From contig JAILMJ010000002.1 of the NCBI GenBank assembly GCA_024692685.1, forward strand, positions 2,261 through 66,260: a stretch of 64,000 bases of DNA. The letters run 5' to 3'. Below the pieces are notes generated by a model. That model saw only the letters and a program-made list of their open reading frames with translations, was not told the DNA's origin and did not search any database. The DNA comes from Clostridia bacterium. GTDB lineage: Bacteria > Bacillota > Clostridia > Oscillospirales > Acutalibacteraceae. This document shows positions 39,425-47,790 of the stretch, one piece after another. The position numbers and the translations under genes are program-made. The stretch's first letter is position 1; each line of letters opens with the position of its first letter.

Positions 39425-40633
39425 TTACCATTTGTCTGCTTTATTGAGCGCTTCTTTTACCTGTGCAAGGCTCATGCCGTTTTCATTGGCAATGCGGGCT
39501 ATGTCGTCATATTCGGGCTTATATTTTACTGAGCCGTAGCCCTCCGAACACTTCACTCTTATCTCGCCGAGATCTGAGCGGAGTGTTTTTATTTCCCTGT
39601 TCAGGACATATCTGTTAAAACCGCTTTCACGTATTCCGATTGTTGTTGTATGCTTAAAAATCAATGAGACGAATTTATCTCTGTCCTCAGCTTTGCATAT
39701 AACTTTTATAAGTGTACCGGGGCGTCCTTTTTTCATATTTATCGGAATTGTATATGCTTCCGGGCAACCGTTTTCAAAGAATTTTTCAACTGCAAACGAT
39801 ATTTCTTCTCCGGTCATATCGTCGACGTTGCAGGAAAGCTCAATTATTTTATCGGTTTTGCCGTTTTCTTCTCCGATAAAGGAACGGACGCAGTTGGCAA
39901 CCGGGAAGTCTTTTTTGCCCATGCCGTAGCCGACGGCATTAACTGTCATAACAGGCATTTCACCGAATTTACTGACGAAATGTTTCAGCAATGCTGCTCC
40001 GGTGGGAGTGCAGAGTTCGCTTTTGATTTCGCCCGAATAAACAGGTATACCTCTGAGAATATCCGCAGTCGCGGGTGCGGGAACGGGAAGAATACCGTGC
40101 GCGCAGATAACCTGACCGCTTCCCGTGCAGACAGGGGAGGCCATGATATAATCCGGAGAGATTTTATTTATCAGCAGGCAGACCGCAGTAATATCTGCAA
40201 CCGCATCTATTGAGCCAACTTCGTGAAAATGGATGTTTTCAATGTCGGTACCGTGTATATTGCTTTCCGCGTGAGCTATCAGGTCATAAACGGATATGAT
40301 GTCATCTTTAATCCTGCTGTCAATATCGAATGAGTTTACAAGCTGTTTTATATACGAAATGCTTGTGTGTTGATGGTAGTGATCATCATCATTATGATGA
40401 TGCCCGTGGGCGTGTATGTTTTCGTCTTCTTCGATTCCTTGCGCAAGAACGGAAAAATGAGTTCCCGTTATGCCGCATTTTACGGCCTTCTCCGCGGAAA
40501 CGCTTGCCATTCCGTCAAACAACGAGTTGATTTCAGAAAGAATATCTTCTTTGTTCGGTATCAATCCAAGAAGCGAAGCAGCTAGCATATCTCCTGCCGC
40601 ACCCATACTGCAGTCAAGGTAAAGTATACTCAT
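39425..40633 (-). CDS. larC: Nickel insertion protein LarC (single ORF)
   Basis: LDCSMGAAGDM, His-rich HAHGHHHNDDDHYHQH, IHFHEVG, PVPAPAT, TPTGAA, MKKGRPG, KPEYDD. Confidence 0.93.
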   Translation of the reverse strand: MSILYLDCSMGAAGDMLAASLLGLIPNKEDILSEINSLFDGMASVSAEKAVKCGITGTHFSVLAQGIEEDENIHAHGHHHNDDDHYHQHTSISYIKQLVNSFDIDSRIKDDIISVYDLIAHAESNIHGTDIENIHFHEVGSIDAVADITAVCLLINKISPDYIMASPVCTGSGQVICAHGILPVPAPATADILRGIPVYSGEIKSELCTPTGAALLKHFVSKFGEMPVMTVNAVGYGMGKKDFPVANCVRSFIGEENGKTDKIIELSCNVDDMTGEEISFAVEKFFENGCPEAYTIPINMKKGRPGTLIKVICKAEDRDKFVSLIFKHTTTIGIRESGFNRYVLNREIKTLRSDLGEIRVKCSEGYGSVKYKPEYDDIARIANENGMSLAQVKEALNKADKW

Positions 40634-41385
40634 TTTCGTCCCTCCGTGTGATTGATTTTTGAAGCAAGAAAAGCGGCACCGAAGCCGTTGTCTATATTGA
40701 CGACACCGATTCCCGCTGAACAGGAATTGAGCATTGATAAAAGTGCGGTAACGCCTTCAAAGGCGGAGCCGTAACCTACTGAAGTGGGAACGGCTATTAC
40801 AGGGCAATGGGCAAGCCCGCCGACAACGCCGGCAAGAGCTCCCTCCATACCGGCAATTACAATTATTACCGATGCTGTCATTATTTCATCAATATGTGAA
40901 AAAAGACGGTGAATTCCGGCTACGCCGACATCGCAGATAAGAGTTGTCTCATTTCCGAGAGCTTTTGCCGTAATCTCCGCCTCATCTGCAACGGGAAGGT
41001 CGCCCGTTCCTCCGGTAAGGATAAGAATCTTACCGTTCCCGTCTGCTTCCGGGAAAGTGCCTGTCATTCCGATTTTCCCTTCGGCAAAATATGTAAAGGC
41101 CGTCTTTTCTTTTATTTCTGCTGCTTTTTCAGGTGAAAGCCTTGTGACAAGGATGTTATTCTGGCCGTTTGCTTTCATTGTCTCGGCTATCTGAATGATT
41201 TGTCCGGCGGTTTTGCATTCTCCGTATATCACTTCAGCGACTCCCTGACGGAGTTCCCTGTGGGAGTCGATTTTCGCGAAATCAATATCAGTATAGGGAG
41301 CTGTTTTTAATTTTAAAAGCGCTTCATCGACGGATATTTCTCCCGTTTTGATTTTCCCCAGTAACTCTTTTGTTTTATCTTTCAT
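40630..41385 (-). CDS. larB: Nickel pincer cofactor biosynthesis protein LarB
   Basis: EVIYGECKT, DVGVAGIHRL, AGMEGAL, AVPTSVGYG, VVNIDNGFGAA. Confidence 0.94.
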   Translation of the reverse strand: MKDKTKELLGKIKTGEISVDEALLKLKTAPYTDIDFAKIDSHRELRQGVAEVIYGECKTAGQIIQIAETMKANGQNNILVTRLSPEKAAEIKEKTAFTYFAEGKIGMTGTFPEADGNGKILILTGGTGDLPVADEAEITAKALGNETTLICDVGVAGIHRLFSHIDEIMTASVIIVIAGMEGALAGVVGGLAHCPVIAVPTSVGYGSAFEGVTALLSMLNSCSAGIGVVNIDNGFGAAFLASKINHTEGRK

Positions 41386-41408
41386 ATGTCACACCGCATT
41401 TCATTTTC

Positions 41409-41441
41409 AAAAAGCGGTTCCGCTGCATCGCAGAACCGCTT
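41409..41441 (-). terminator. Probable intrinsic terminator between the small membrane-protein pair and larB
   Basis: AAGCGGTTC-N12-GAACCGCTT, T-run on the minus strand. Confidence 0.6.
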
Positions 41442-41449
41442 AAAAACAG

Positions 41450-41752
41450 TTATTTGTCTTTCCTGAGCACCTTTTTGGGATCCTTTATGAGCAGGATTGC
41501 AATCCAGATTACCAGAGCAAGTGCTATAACGGAAAGCCCGAGGAATGTATCGTTGAGCATATCTTCCGGAGCGGGAGTGAAATACGCAGCTTTAAGCTCC
41601 GCATATTCAAACACGGCATCGACAAACCACATAAGAGACGCACCCCAGAACATAAAGCAAAGAGTGCTGACCTTAAACTTATCGTCCGGAGCATTCTTAT
41701 ACCAGATTACAGTGCATACAGCAGCCGCAATAACAGTAATAAGTAAAGTCAT
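41450..41752 (-). CDS. Small 3-TM membrane protein, unknown function
   Basis: 100 aa, three hydrophobic segments, FWGASLMWFVD and DMLND motifs. Confidence 0.8.
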   Translation of the reverse strand: MTLLITVIAAAVCTVIWYKNAPDDKFKVSTLCFMFWGASLMWFVDAVFEYAELKAAYFTPAPEDMLNDTFLGLSVIALALVIWIAILLIKDPKKVLRKDK

Positions 41753-41754
41753 TA

Positions 41755-42165
41755 TTATTTCTCCCTTGCACGTTTGGAAGCAGCGTTCTTTTTTTCAACT
41801 GCCGTAGATACAGCAACCATAATAATCCAGGCAACAGTTACAACAATTGCCATTGTTACGCCGACTGTGGCCATTTCGTGAAGCATCTCCGATTTCGCAA
41901 CGGGATCTCCTGCTGCGGTAAGAAACGGGAACCACGGGACTATTTCACCGTGCCAGAGATGTTCAAAGGTGAGAAGTATGCAACCGCCCCAAAGCAGATT
42001 GCGGAGCCATTTAAGCTTTGATACAAAGCCGGTTTTTGAAACCTGCTCTGTTTTTTCTTCTCCCGCGGGAAGTTTGACCTGAGCAGATGAGTTCTTCTTT
42101 TCAAGTGCTTTTTCTGCAACTGTTACAACAATTGCTTCAGCAGCCGGTACTATAAAACATGCCAT
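41755..42165 (-). CDS. Small 3-TM membrane protein, unknown function, paralog of the adjacent gene
   Basis: 136 aa, MACF N-terminus, LWGGCILLTFEHLWHGE and EMLHE motifs; GGAGG RBS. Confidence 0.82.
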   Translation of the reverse strand: MACFIVPAAEAIVVTVAEKALEKKNSSAQVKLPAGEEKTEQVSKTGFVSKLKWLRNLLWGGCILLTFEHLWHGEIVPWFPFLTAAGDPVAKSEMLHEMATVGVTMAIVVTVAWIIMVAVSTAVEKKNAASKRAREK

Positions 42166-42191
42166 GACTGTTCCTCCTGATATGTAAAAAA

Positions 42192-42749
42192 TTATTTTTG
42201 GTAAATAAATTCGACGTCGCTGTCTTTGAGCAGCGGTGCATTTTTATCCTTTTCGGATAAAACGGGGGACTGCGTTTCCCAGTCTATACCGAAAGCAGGG
42301 TCATCAAAGCGTATGCTTCTGTCATCTTCACGTGAATAGAGAGCGTCAACCTTATAGGATAACTCAACATTATCACTGAGAGCAACAAAACCATGAAGGC
42401 AGCCCTTCGGTATATAGAGCATTTTTTTGTTGTCACCGGAAAGCTCAACTTTGACAGTTTTCATATAAGTAGGGGAGCCTTTCCGTATGTCGACGGCTAC
42501 ATCCGCTATTGTTCCGCGTGTGCAAGAAACGAGCTTTGACTGGGCACTGGGTTCTTTCTGGCAGTGAAGACCTCTGAGAGTTCCTTTCTTGGCCGAAAAG
42601 GAGCGGTTGTCCTGAACAAAGATATCGTTTATCCCAAGCTTTGAAAAAGCGGCCGATGAATAGCTTTCATAGAACCATCCTCGGTTATCTCCGAAGACAT
42701 CGGGCTCAATAATGAAAACGCCGTCAATCTCCGTTTTTTTAATCGTCAT
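42192..42749 (-). CDS. rfbC: dTDP-4-dehydrorhamnose 3,5-epimerase
   Basis: [35 protein letters not shown]; start reassigned to ATG 42749. Confidence 0.94.
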   Translation of the reverse strand: MTIKKTEIDGVFIIEPDVFGDNRGWFYESYSSAAFSKLGINDIFVQDNRSFSAKKGTLRGLHCQKEPSAQSKLVSCTRGTIADVAVDIRKGSPTYMKTVKVELSGDNKKMLYIPKGCLHGFVALSDNVELSYKVDALYSREDDRSIRFDDPAFGIDWETQSPVLSEKDKNAPLLKDSDVEFIYQK

Positions 42750-43680
42750 GATATACTCCGTCCTCCGTGCCCCAGACAGGTTGTTCGTCCGGCTTGTCGG
42801 TTGAGTAAAGGATTTTTCCCTCAGCAACAGCCATAAGGTGCTGACCATAGGAAGACTTGCCGTATTTGTTGGCGGAATGAATGAGAGCGTCCTTGCTTAT
42901 CCATCTCATATTGTAAGCAATTTCTTCGGGAGCGGAAATCTGAATGCCCTGAAGCCGCTCAATAGTCCTGATGAAGTTTGAGGCGTCAATTAGATTGTCG
43001 ACTGTTCCCGTGTCAAGCCAGGCATAGCCTCTGCCCAAAAGCTTGACGTCCAGGTCGCCCGCATCAAGATACAGCTGGTTTATATCGGTTATCTCAAGTT
43101 CTCCTCTCTTTGAGGGCTTGAGTGATTTCGCGAAATCCACTATGCGGTTATCATAGAAGTACAGACCGGTAACGGCATAATTTGATTTCGGAACCGCAGG
43201 TTTCTCTTCTATGGAAATAGGCATGCCGTTTTCGTCAAATTCAACAACGCCGAAAGATTGGGGATTTTCGACATAATATCCGAAAATAGTGGCTCTGCCT
43301 TCCTTTTTCGCTGCCTGACGGAGAATGTGACCCAGGCCGCTGCCGTAGAAGATATTGTCCCCGAGCACCATGGCAACACTGTCATTTCCGATGAAATCCT
43401 CGCCTATAAGAAAGGCCTGAGCCAGACCGTCAGGGCTTTCCTGAACGGCATAACTCAAATGAAGGCCAAACTGGGAACCGTCGCCCAGAAGAGTCTCAAA
43501 TTTCGGAGTGTCAGAAGGGGTTGATATGATTAAAATATCCCTGATTCCCGCCAGCATAAGAGTTGACAGAGGATAATAAATCATCGGCTTGTCATAAACC
43601 GGAAGAAGCTGCTTACTGGTTACAAGTGTTAACGGGTAAAGCCTCGTGCCGGAACCGCCGGCAAGGATAATACCTTTCAT
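42739..43680 (-). CDS. rfbA: Glucose-1-phosphate thymidylyltransferase
   Basis: [49 protein letters not shown]. Confidence 0.97.
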   Translation of the reverse strand: MKGIILAGGSGTRLYPLTLVTSKQLLPVYDKPMIYYPLSTLMLAGIRDILIISTPSDTPKFETLLGDGSQFGLHLSYAVQESPDGLAQAFLIGEDFIGNDSVAMVLGDNIFYGSGLGHILRQAAKKEGRATIFGYYVENPQSFGVVEFDENGMPISIEEKPAVPKSNYAVTGLYFYDNRIVDFAKSLKPSKRGELEITDINQLYLDAGDLDVKLLGRGYAWLDTGTVDNLIDASNFIRTIERLQGIQISAPEEIAYNMRWISKDALIHSANKYGKSSYGQHLMAVAEGKILYSTDKPDEQPVWGTEDGVYHDD

Positions 43681-43790
43681 TTGAGCACTTCCTTGTAAGT
43701 CGTTAAATCACCACTTAATTTTATCATTGTTTAACATAATTGTCAAACCTTATTTATGTGTATTGCGCCGATTCGAAAAAGGCACAGATA

Positions 43791-43825
43791 AACACCGGCG
43801 GAATTCAGAGGGTGCCGCCGGTGTT
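43791..43825. terminator. Strong hairpin (probable terminator) after the DUF4430-like gene
   Basis: AACACCGGCGG-N13-CCGCCGGTGTT, perfect 11-bp stem. Confidence 0.6.
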
Positions 43826-43856
43826 ACATATATACGGTTTTTCGTAATATTGTTTA

Positions 43857-44327
43857 TCAGCCGAAAGAATAAACGCTTCCGTTATTGATTACTGTTTCCG
43901 CAGGTGAATTCGTTGACAGTTTACCGTCAATGAAGAATCTCCAGTCTCTGCCCTCGGGCGGTTCCACACCGAGTATTGAGATAACGGTTTTGACCTGGGA
44001 TGGCTGAGTTTCGCCCTTTTTGTCCGGAGCAAAGGTAACTTCTTGCTCGGTTACATCCGCAAGTCTGTAGTTTGAAAGCGCCTCGGCAACTGTTTTGGCA
44101 TCGGTTGCTATGGTAAAAGAAGCAAGGGTGCCGTCATTTTTGGTGTATTCCCAGGTAAACTCCTTTTCACCCTTTCCGATTATGGTCTTGGGTTGGGAGG
44201 CGTCTGCCGTGGCTATTGTTTCATCTTCGGAAACCGCCTTTTCGATACTTTTTTTGCCGCAGGCTGTGAAAACGCAGGCGGCAATGAGCAGAACGGCAAC
44301 AGCAGGTAATAATTTGCGCATAATCAA
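43857..44327 (-). CDS. DUF4430-like lipoprotein
   Basis: Lipobox FTAC; TDAKTVAEAL and WRFFIDGK...NNGSVYSF resemble the DUF4430 beta-grasp pattern. Confidence 0.65.
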   Translation of the reverse strand: MIMRKLLPAVAVLLIAACVFTACGKKSIEKAVSEDETIATADASQPKTIIGKGEKEFTWEYTKNDGTLASFTIATDAKTVAEALSNYRLADVTEQEVTFAPDKKGETQPSQVKTVISILGVEPPEGRDWRFFIDGKLSTNSPAETVINNGSVYSFG

Positions 44328-44343
44328 ATTGTCCTTTCTCAGT

Positions 44344-45033
44344 TTATTTCATAAGCATAACGCTTAATGCAAGCAAAATCTGTGCGGGATAGTAGGTGGA
44401 TAATTCCACGGTAACAAAGAGATTCTTTCTCTTTATGGGGGTGAAGTACAACAAGCCCAGGCAGGTGTCGCTGATAAGGAACAGCACACAGCCGGCCAGT
44501 ATAAATATGTTTGCCGTTGTAACCTCTGCGATAAGAAGCGAGATTGCCGCTGCTATCTTCCAGAACAGCAAACCGTAATAAATGCTGAGCAAAACCGCAA
44601 ATGCAGGCTTCAACATCATTTTGGCAATTTTAATTATGGCTGCTGCAGCACCGATGCCCGCTATCCCCGCAATAAAGGTATAAAGGTTTATTCCGCCTAT
44701 GGAATGAAAAGCGAGCAGGTAAAATATGTGGCCGACAAGGAAATAAGCGGTTCCCATTATAATCAGTTTTTTTCTGAATGAGGGGGCAACCTCTTTGATA
44801 CCCAGGAATATGTCGCCGCAAAAGCCGAACATCAGGGCGATAGTGATGAAACTGAAGTATTTCAGATTAGCTCCGCCGTTCATCCAGTTGCCGTATACGG
44901 TAATGGCTATAAAGCCGAAGCTTGCCATAAATTTGCAAATCATTCCGTAGAATGATTTGTTCTTGCTTCTGAAAACAACACAGGCAACGGCGAATATGAC
45001 CGTCAGCGCTATGAGAGCCAAGGTATAAATCAT
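44344..45033 (-). CDS. YhhN/lysoplasmalogenase-like membrane protein
   Basis: CKFMASFGF, FCGDIFLG, FLVGHIFY, LFLISDTCL; about 8 TM; ATGA overlap with the upstream gene. Confidence 0.8.
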   Translation of the reverse strand: MIYTLALIALTVIFAVACVVFRSKNKSFYGMICKFMASFGFIAITVYGNWMNGGANLKYFSFITIALMFGFCGDIFLGIKEVAPSFRKKLIIMGTAYFLVGHIFYLLAFHSIGGINLYTFIAGIAGIGAAAAIIKIAKMMLKPAFAVLLSIYYGLLFWKIAAAISLLIAEVTTANIFILAGCVLFLISDTCLGLLYFTPIKRKNLFVTVELSTYYPAQILLALSVMLMK

Positions 45034-45758
45034 TGTTGATTCCCCCTGTGATAGTTGATAGCCCACCGCCCGCAGGGAGTAAAACCGCAGGAAGTGTAAA
45101 AATCAATTAAGCCTTCGTTTCTGCAAAACAGCCGGCACGGTTTGCCGTTGTTTGCCATATACGGCACAAGTTCCGACGCCAGACCGCGTCCCCTGAAATC
45201 CGGGTCTGTGGTGACTGCTCCGAGAAGTGAGCCTCTGCTCCCGTTAAACAGTCTGAATGCACAGGCTCTCAGTCCTCCGTCATAAATACCGCCGAAATCC
45301 GCTGTTCCTTTGTTGAGCCGGAGAATGACATCCTCGCAAAAGGATTCGAAATTTCCCAACTCAAAGCCGCCGGAAACAAGCAGTGAATATATTTCTCTCG
45401 CGTCGCACGAAGAAACAAAATTGCACGGCTTAGGTGCGGCATCGCCCGTATATTCAACGCACGGAGCTGAGTCGTCGACTTCCATTCCCAGGGCTTTCAT
45501 TATCTTTTCGTCACATTTCAGTGATGAATAACCCGAAAAACCGAGGAAGGCTTTTATTTCATCCAGGTCTGCGTTTTCATTTGCCCACAGCACAACGTTT
45601 CCGTCAAGAACAGAAAATGCGGTGTTGTTATCTCCGCGGTAAAAACGTGCGAAATCATATCCGGTTCCGTATGTTTTGCAAACAGCCGTAATTACTGAGC
45701 AATATGCGTCGTCCGGAAGAAAACCGAGTTCAGCGGCTTCCTCAATCAGTTTTATCAT
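45030..45758 (-). CDS. GNAT family N-acetyltransferase
   Basis: C-terminal AVTTDPDFRGRGLAS acetyl-CoA motif and FYTSCGF. Confidence 0.82.
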   Translation of the reverse strand: MIKLIEEAAELGFLPDDAYCSVITAVCKTYGTGYDFARFYRGDNNTAFSVLDGNVVLWANENADLDEIKAFLGFSGYSSLKCDEKIMKALGMEVDDSAPCVEYTGDAAPKPCNFVSSCDAREIYSLLVSGGFELGNFESFCEDVILRLNKGTADFGGIYDGGLRACAFRLFNGSRGSLLGAVTTDPDFRGRGLASELVPYMANNGKPCRLFCRNEGLIDFYTSCGFTPCGRWAINYHRGNQQ

Positions 45759-46774
45759 TTCGCAAACTCCGTTGCAAGGGCTTTCACCAGGTCTCTTGTG
45801 CTTTCAATATCCTCGAGTTTGCAAACACAGCAAGGGGAGTGGAGGTATCTGCAGGGAACGGAAACGGTAATTGTTTTAACTCCGCCGCGGCTTTTGTGGA
45901 TAGCACCGGCGTCGTTGCCTCCAGCCACCCTGGTTTTGGTCTGTGCTTTTATCCCATTGCTTTTTGCTGTTTCAAGCGCTTTTAGATACAGATCACGGTT
46001 ATATACAGTGCTGCGGTCCATAAAGGAAACCGCTCCGCCATCGCCGCAAATGCAAACTCTGTCCGCGCCCTTGATGCCGCTTATATCGGCGGCAGTTGTG
46101 GTTTCAACAACTATTGCATAATCCGGTTCTGAAGAAAACGCCGCCGTCGCTGCGCCTCTTGTCCCTATTTCTTCCTGAACGCTGAAACTGAAACGGCAGT
46201 CATATTCGGTTTCCGACCTGATTATGTCAATAAGAACAGCGCATCCGGCTCTGTCATCCAGAGCCTTTGAAGCAAGAAAGCCTTCTCCGAATACCGAGAA
46301 ATTACTTTCAAAGTTTATTTCATCGCCGGGCATGACGTATTTTTCCGCATCTTCTTTATTCTTTGCTCCGATATCTATGTAGAGATCTTTGTCGGAAGGA
46401 ATATCTCCCTCCTCGCTTTTTTTGATGAGATGAATAGGCTTAATGCCGAGAACACCGGGAACGCAGTTCTCTCCGATGTAAACATTTCTTCCGATGATAA
46501 CTCTGCTGTCAACACCGCCCACCTTGGCGAATCTGATACAGCCGTCGCTGTCAATTCCGGTTACAATCATACCGACCTCGTCCATGTGGGCGTCTATAAG
46601 CACGGTGTGATTAGCGGTTTTCTTCCCTTTTTTAAAAACAAGAAGATTACCGAGCGGGTCTGTTTTGTATTCACAATAACCTGTGATTTTTGAAATAATG
46701 TAATCCCTGATTCTGTTTTCACGCCCGGATATTCCGTTGAGGTTGCAAAGCTCTCTTACTGTTTCAAGCATCAT
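45755..46774 (-). CDS. M42 family aminopeptidase
   Basis: DAHMDEVG, KALDDRAG, VQEEIG, GGNDAG, RYLHS; start reassigned to ATG 46774. Confidence 0.92.
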   Translation of the reverse strand: MMLETVRELCNLNGISGRENRIRDYIISKITGYCEYKTDPLGNLLVFKKGKKTANHTVLIDAHMDEVGMIVTGIDSDGCIRFAKVGGVDSRVIIGRNVYIGENCVPGVLGIKPIHLIKKSEEGDIPSDKDLYIDIGAKNKEDAEKYVMPGDEINFESNFSVFGEGFLASKALDDRAGCAVLIDIIRSETEYDCRFSFSVQEEIGTRGAATAAFSSEPDYAIVVETTTAADISGIKGADRVCICGDGGAVSFMDRSTVYNRDLYLKALETAKSNGIKAQTKTRVAGGNDAGAIHKSRGGVKTITVSVPCRYLHSPCCVCKLEDIESTRDLVKALATEFAK

Positions 46775-47789
46775 TTGCACTCCTTTCGAGAATATAGGCG
46801 GCAAGAAGACGGGCAGTTTCCTCAATGTCAGCAAGGTCAACGACCTCAACTGCCGTATGCATATTTCTGATTGGAATTGAAATCAGCGCCGTTCTGATTC
46901 CTTTGCCGGCTGTCTGGATATCATCACCGTTGGTACCCGTTCTTCCTCCCATAGCTTCGGGAGATGAGGCAATTCCGTTTTCCCGGGCAATACTGCTGAG
47001 TTTTTTTGACATAGCATAATCCAGGGACGGGCCGTAGCCGACAAGAGCGCCGTCGCCGAGGTTTGCGAATATTCCGCTTCCGGTATCGGGAGCTTTGGCA
47101 AAGGTTACATCTATTGCGATAGCTTCATCGCTTTGAGCATTGAAAGCGCCGGTCGCGGCTCCGCTGCCTCCGGTTTCTTCCTGAGCTGAAAACATTACGT
47201 CAAGCTTGCAGGTTTTTTTGCCTTTCAGCAGTTGCAGACATCTGAGTACGGACGCAACTCCGGCACGGTCATCCACACAAGGGGAGGCGATTCTGTTTCC
47301 GGCAAGGCGGATGAAGGAGCCGTTCATCGTAATTCTGTCACCGGGAGAAACAAGGAGATCTGCCTGCTCTTTTGTCATACCGATATCTATTGTAATTTTA
47401 TCAAATGGCGGCACTTTCCCTTCGTCGTCCGGGCCTGCAAGATGAGGAGGCGTTGAGGTTACAACACCGGGTATTTTTTCTTTGCCGTGGATTGTAACAC
47501 GGGCAGCGGGCATAACTCTTCTGTCCGCGCCTCCGACCGCCGCAACTCTGACAAAGCCGTCTTCATCCACAGCGGTAACTATCAGGCCGATTTGATCAAT
47601 GTGGGCATCCAGCAGGATTGAGCGGCCTTCTCCCGAGAAACCGATTATGTTTCCGAGAGCGTCAAACTGTGCAGGCATATATTCATTCAGGAGTTCGCAG
47701 GCAAGCGTTGCCGCATTGCCTTCTGCGCCTGAGGTGCCGTCTGCTCCGCAAAGCTTTCGCAGCAGCACTTCAACTTCTTCGTAACTCAT
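46764..47789 (-). CDS. M42 family aminopeptidase
   Basis: DAHIDQIG, VDDRAG, AQEETG, AIDVT, RNMHT. Confidence 0.92.
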   Translation of the reverse strand: MSYEEVEVLLRKLCGADGTSGAEGNAATLACELLNEYMPAQFDALGNIIGFSGEGRSILLDAHIDQIGLIVTAVDEDGFVRVAAVGGADRRVMPAARVTIHGKEKIPGVVTSTPPHLAGPDDEGKVPPFDKITIDIGMTKEQADLLVSPGDRITMNGSFIRLAGNRIASPCVDDRAGVASVLRCLQLLKGKKTCKLDVMFSAQEETGGSGAATGAFNAQSDEAIAIDVTFAKAPDTGSGIFANLGDGALVGYGPSLDYAMSKKLSSIARENGIASSPEAMGGRTGTNGDDIQTAGKGIRTALISIPIRNMHTAVEVVDLADIEETARLLAAYILERSANDA

Positions 47790-47790
47790 T

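Noticed and set aside
42750-42848. N-terminal extension of rfbC in the ORF track
   Set aside because: Lies inside rfbA; the family N-terminus and a GGAG RBS point to ATG 42749
46775-46849. N-terminal extension of the second M42 peptidase
   Set aside because: Overlaps the upstream peptidase; the AGGAG RBS supports ATG 46774
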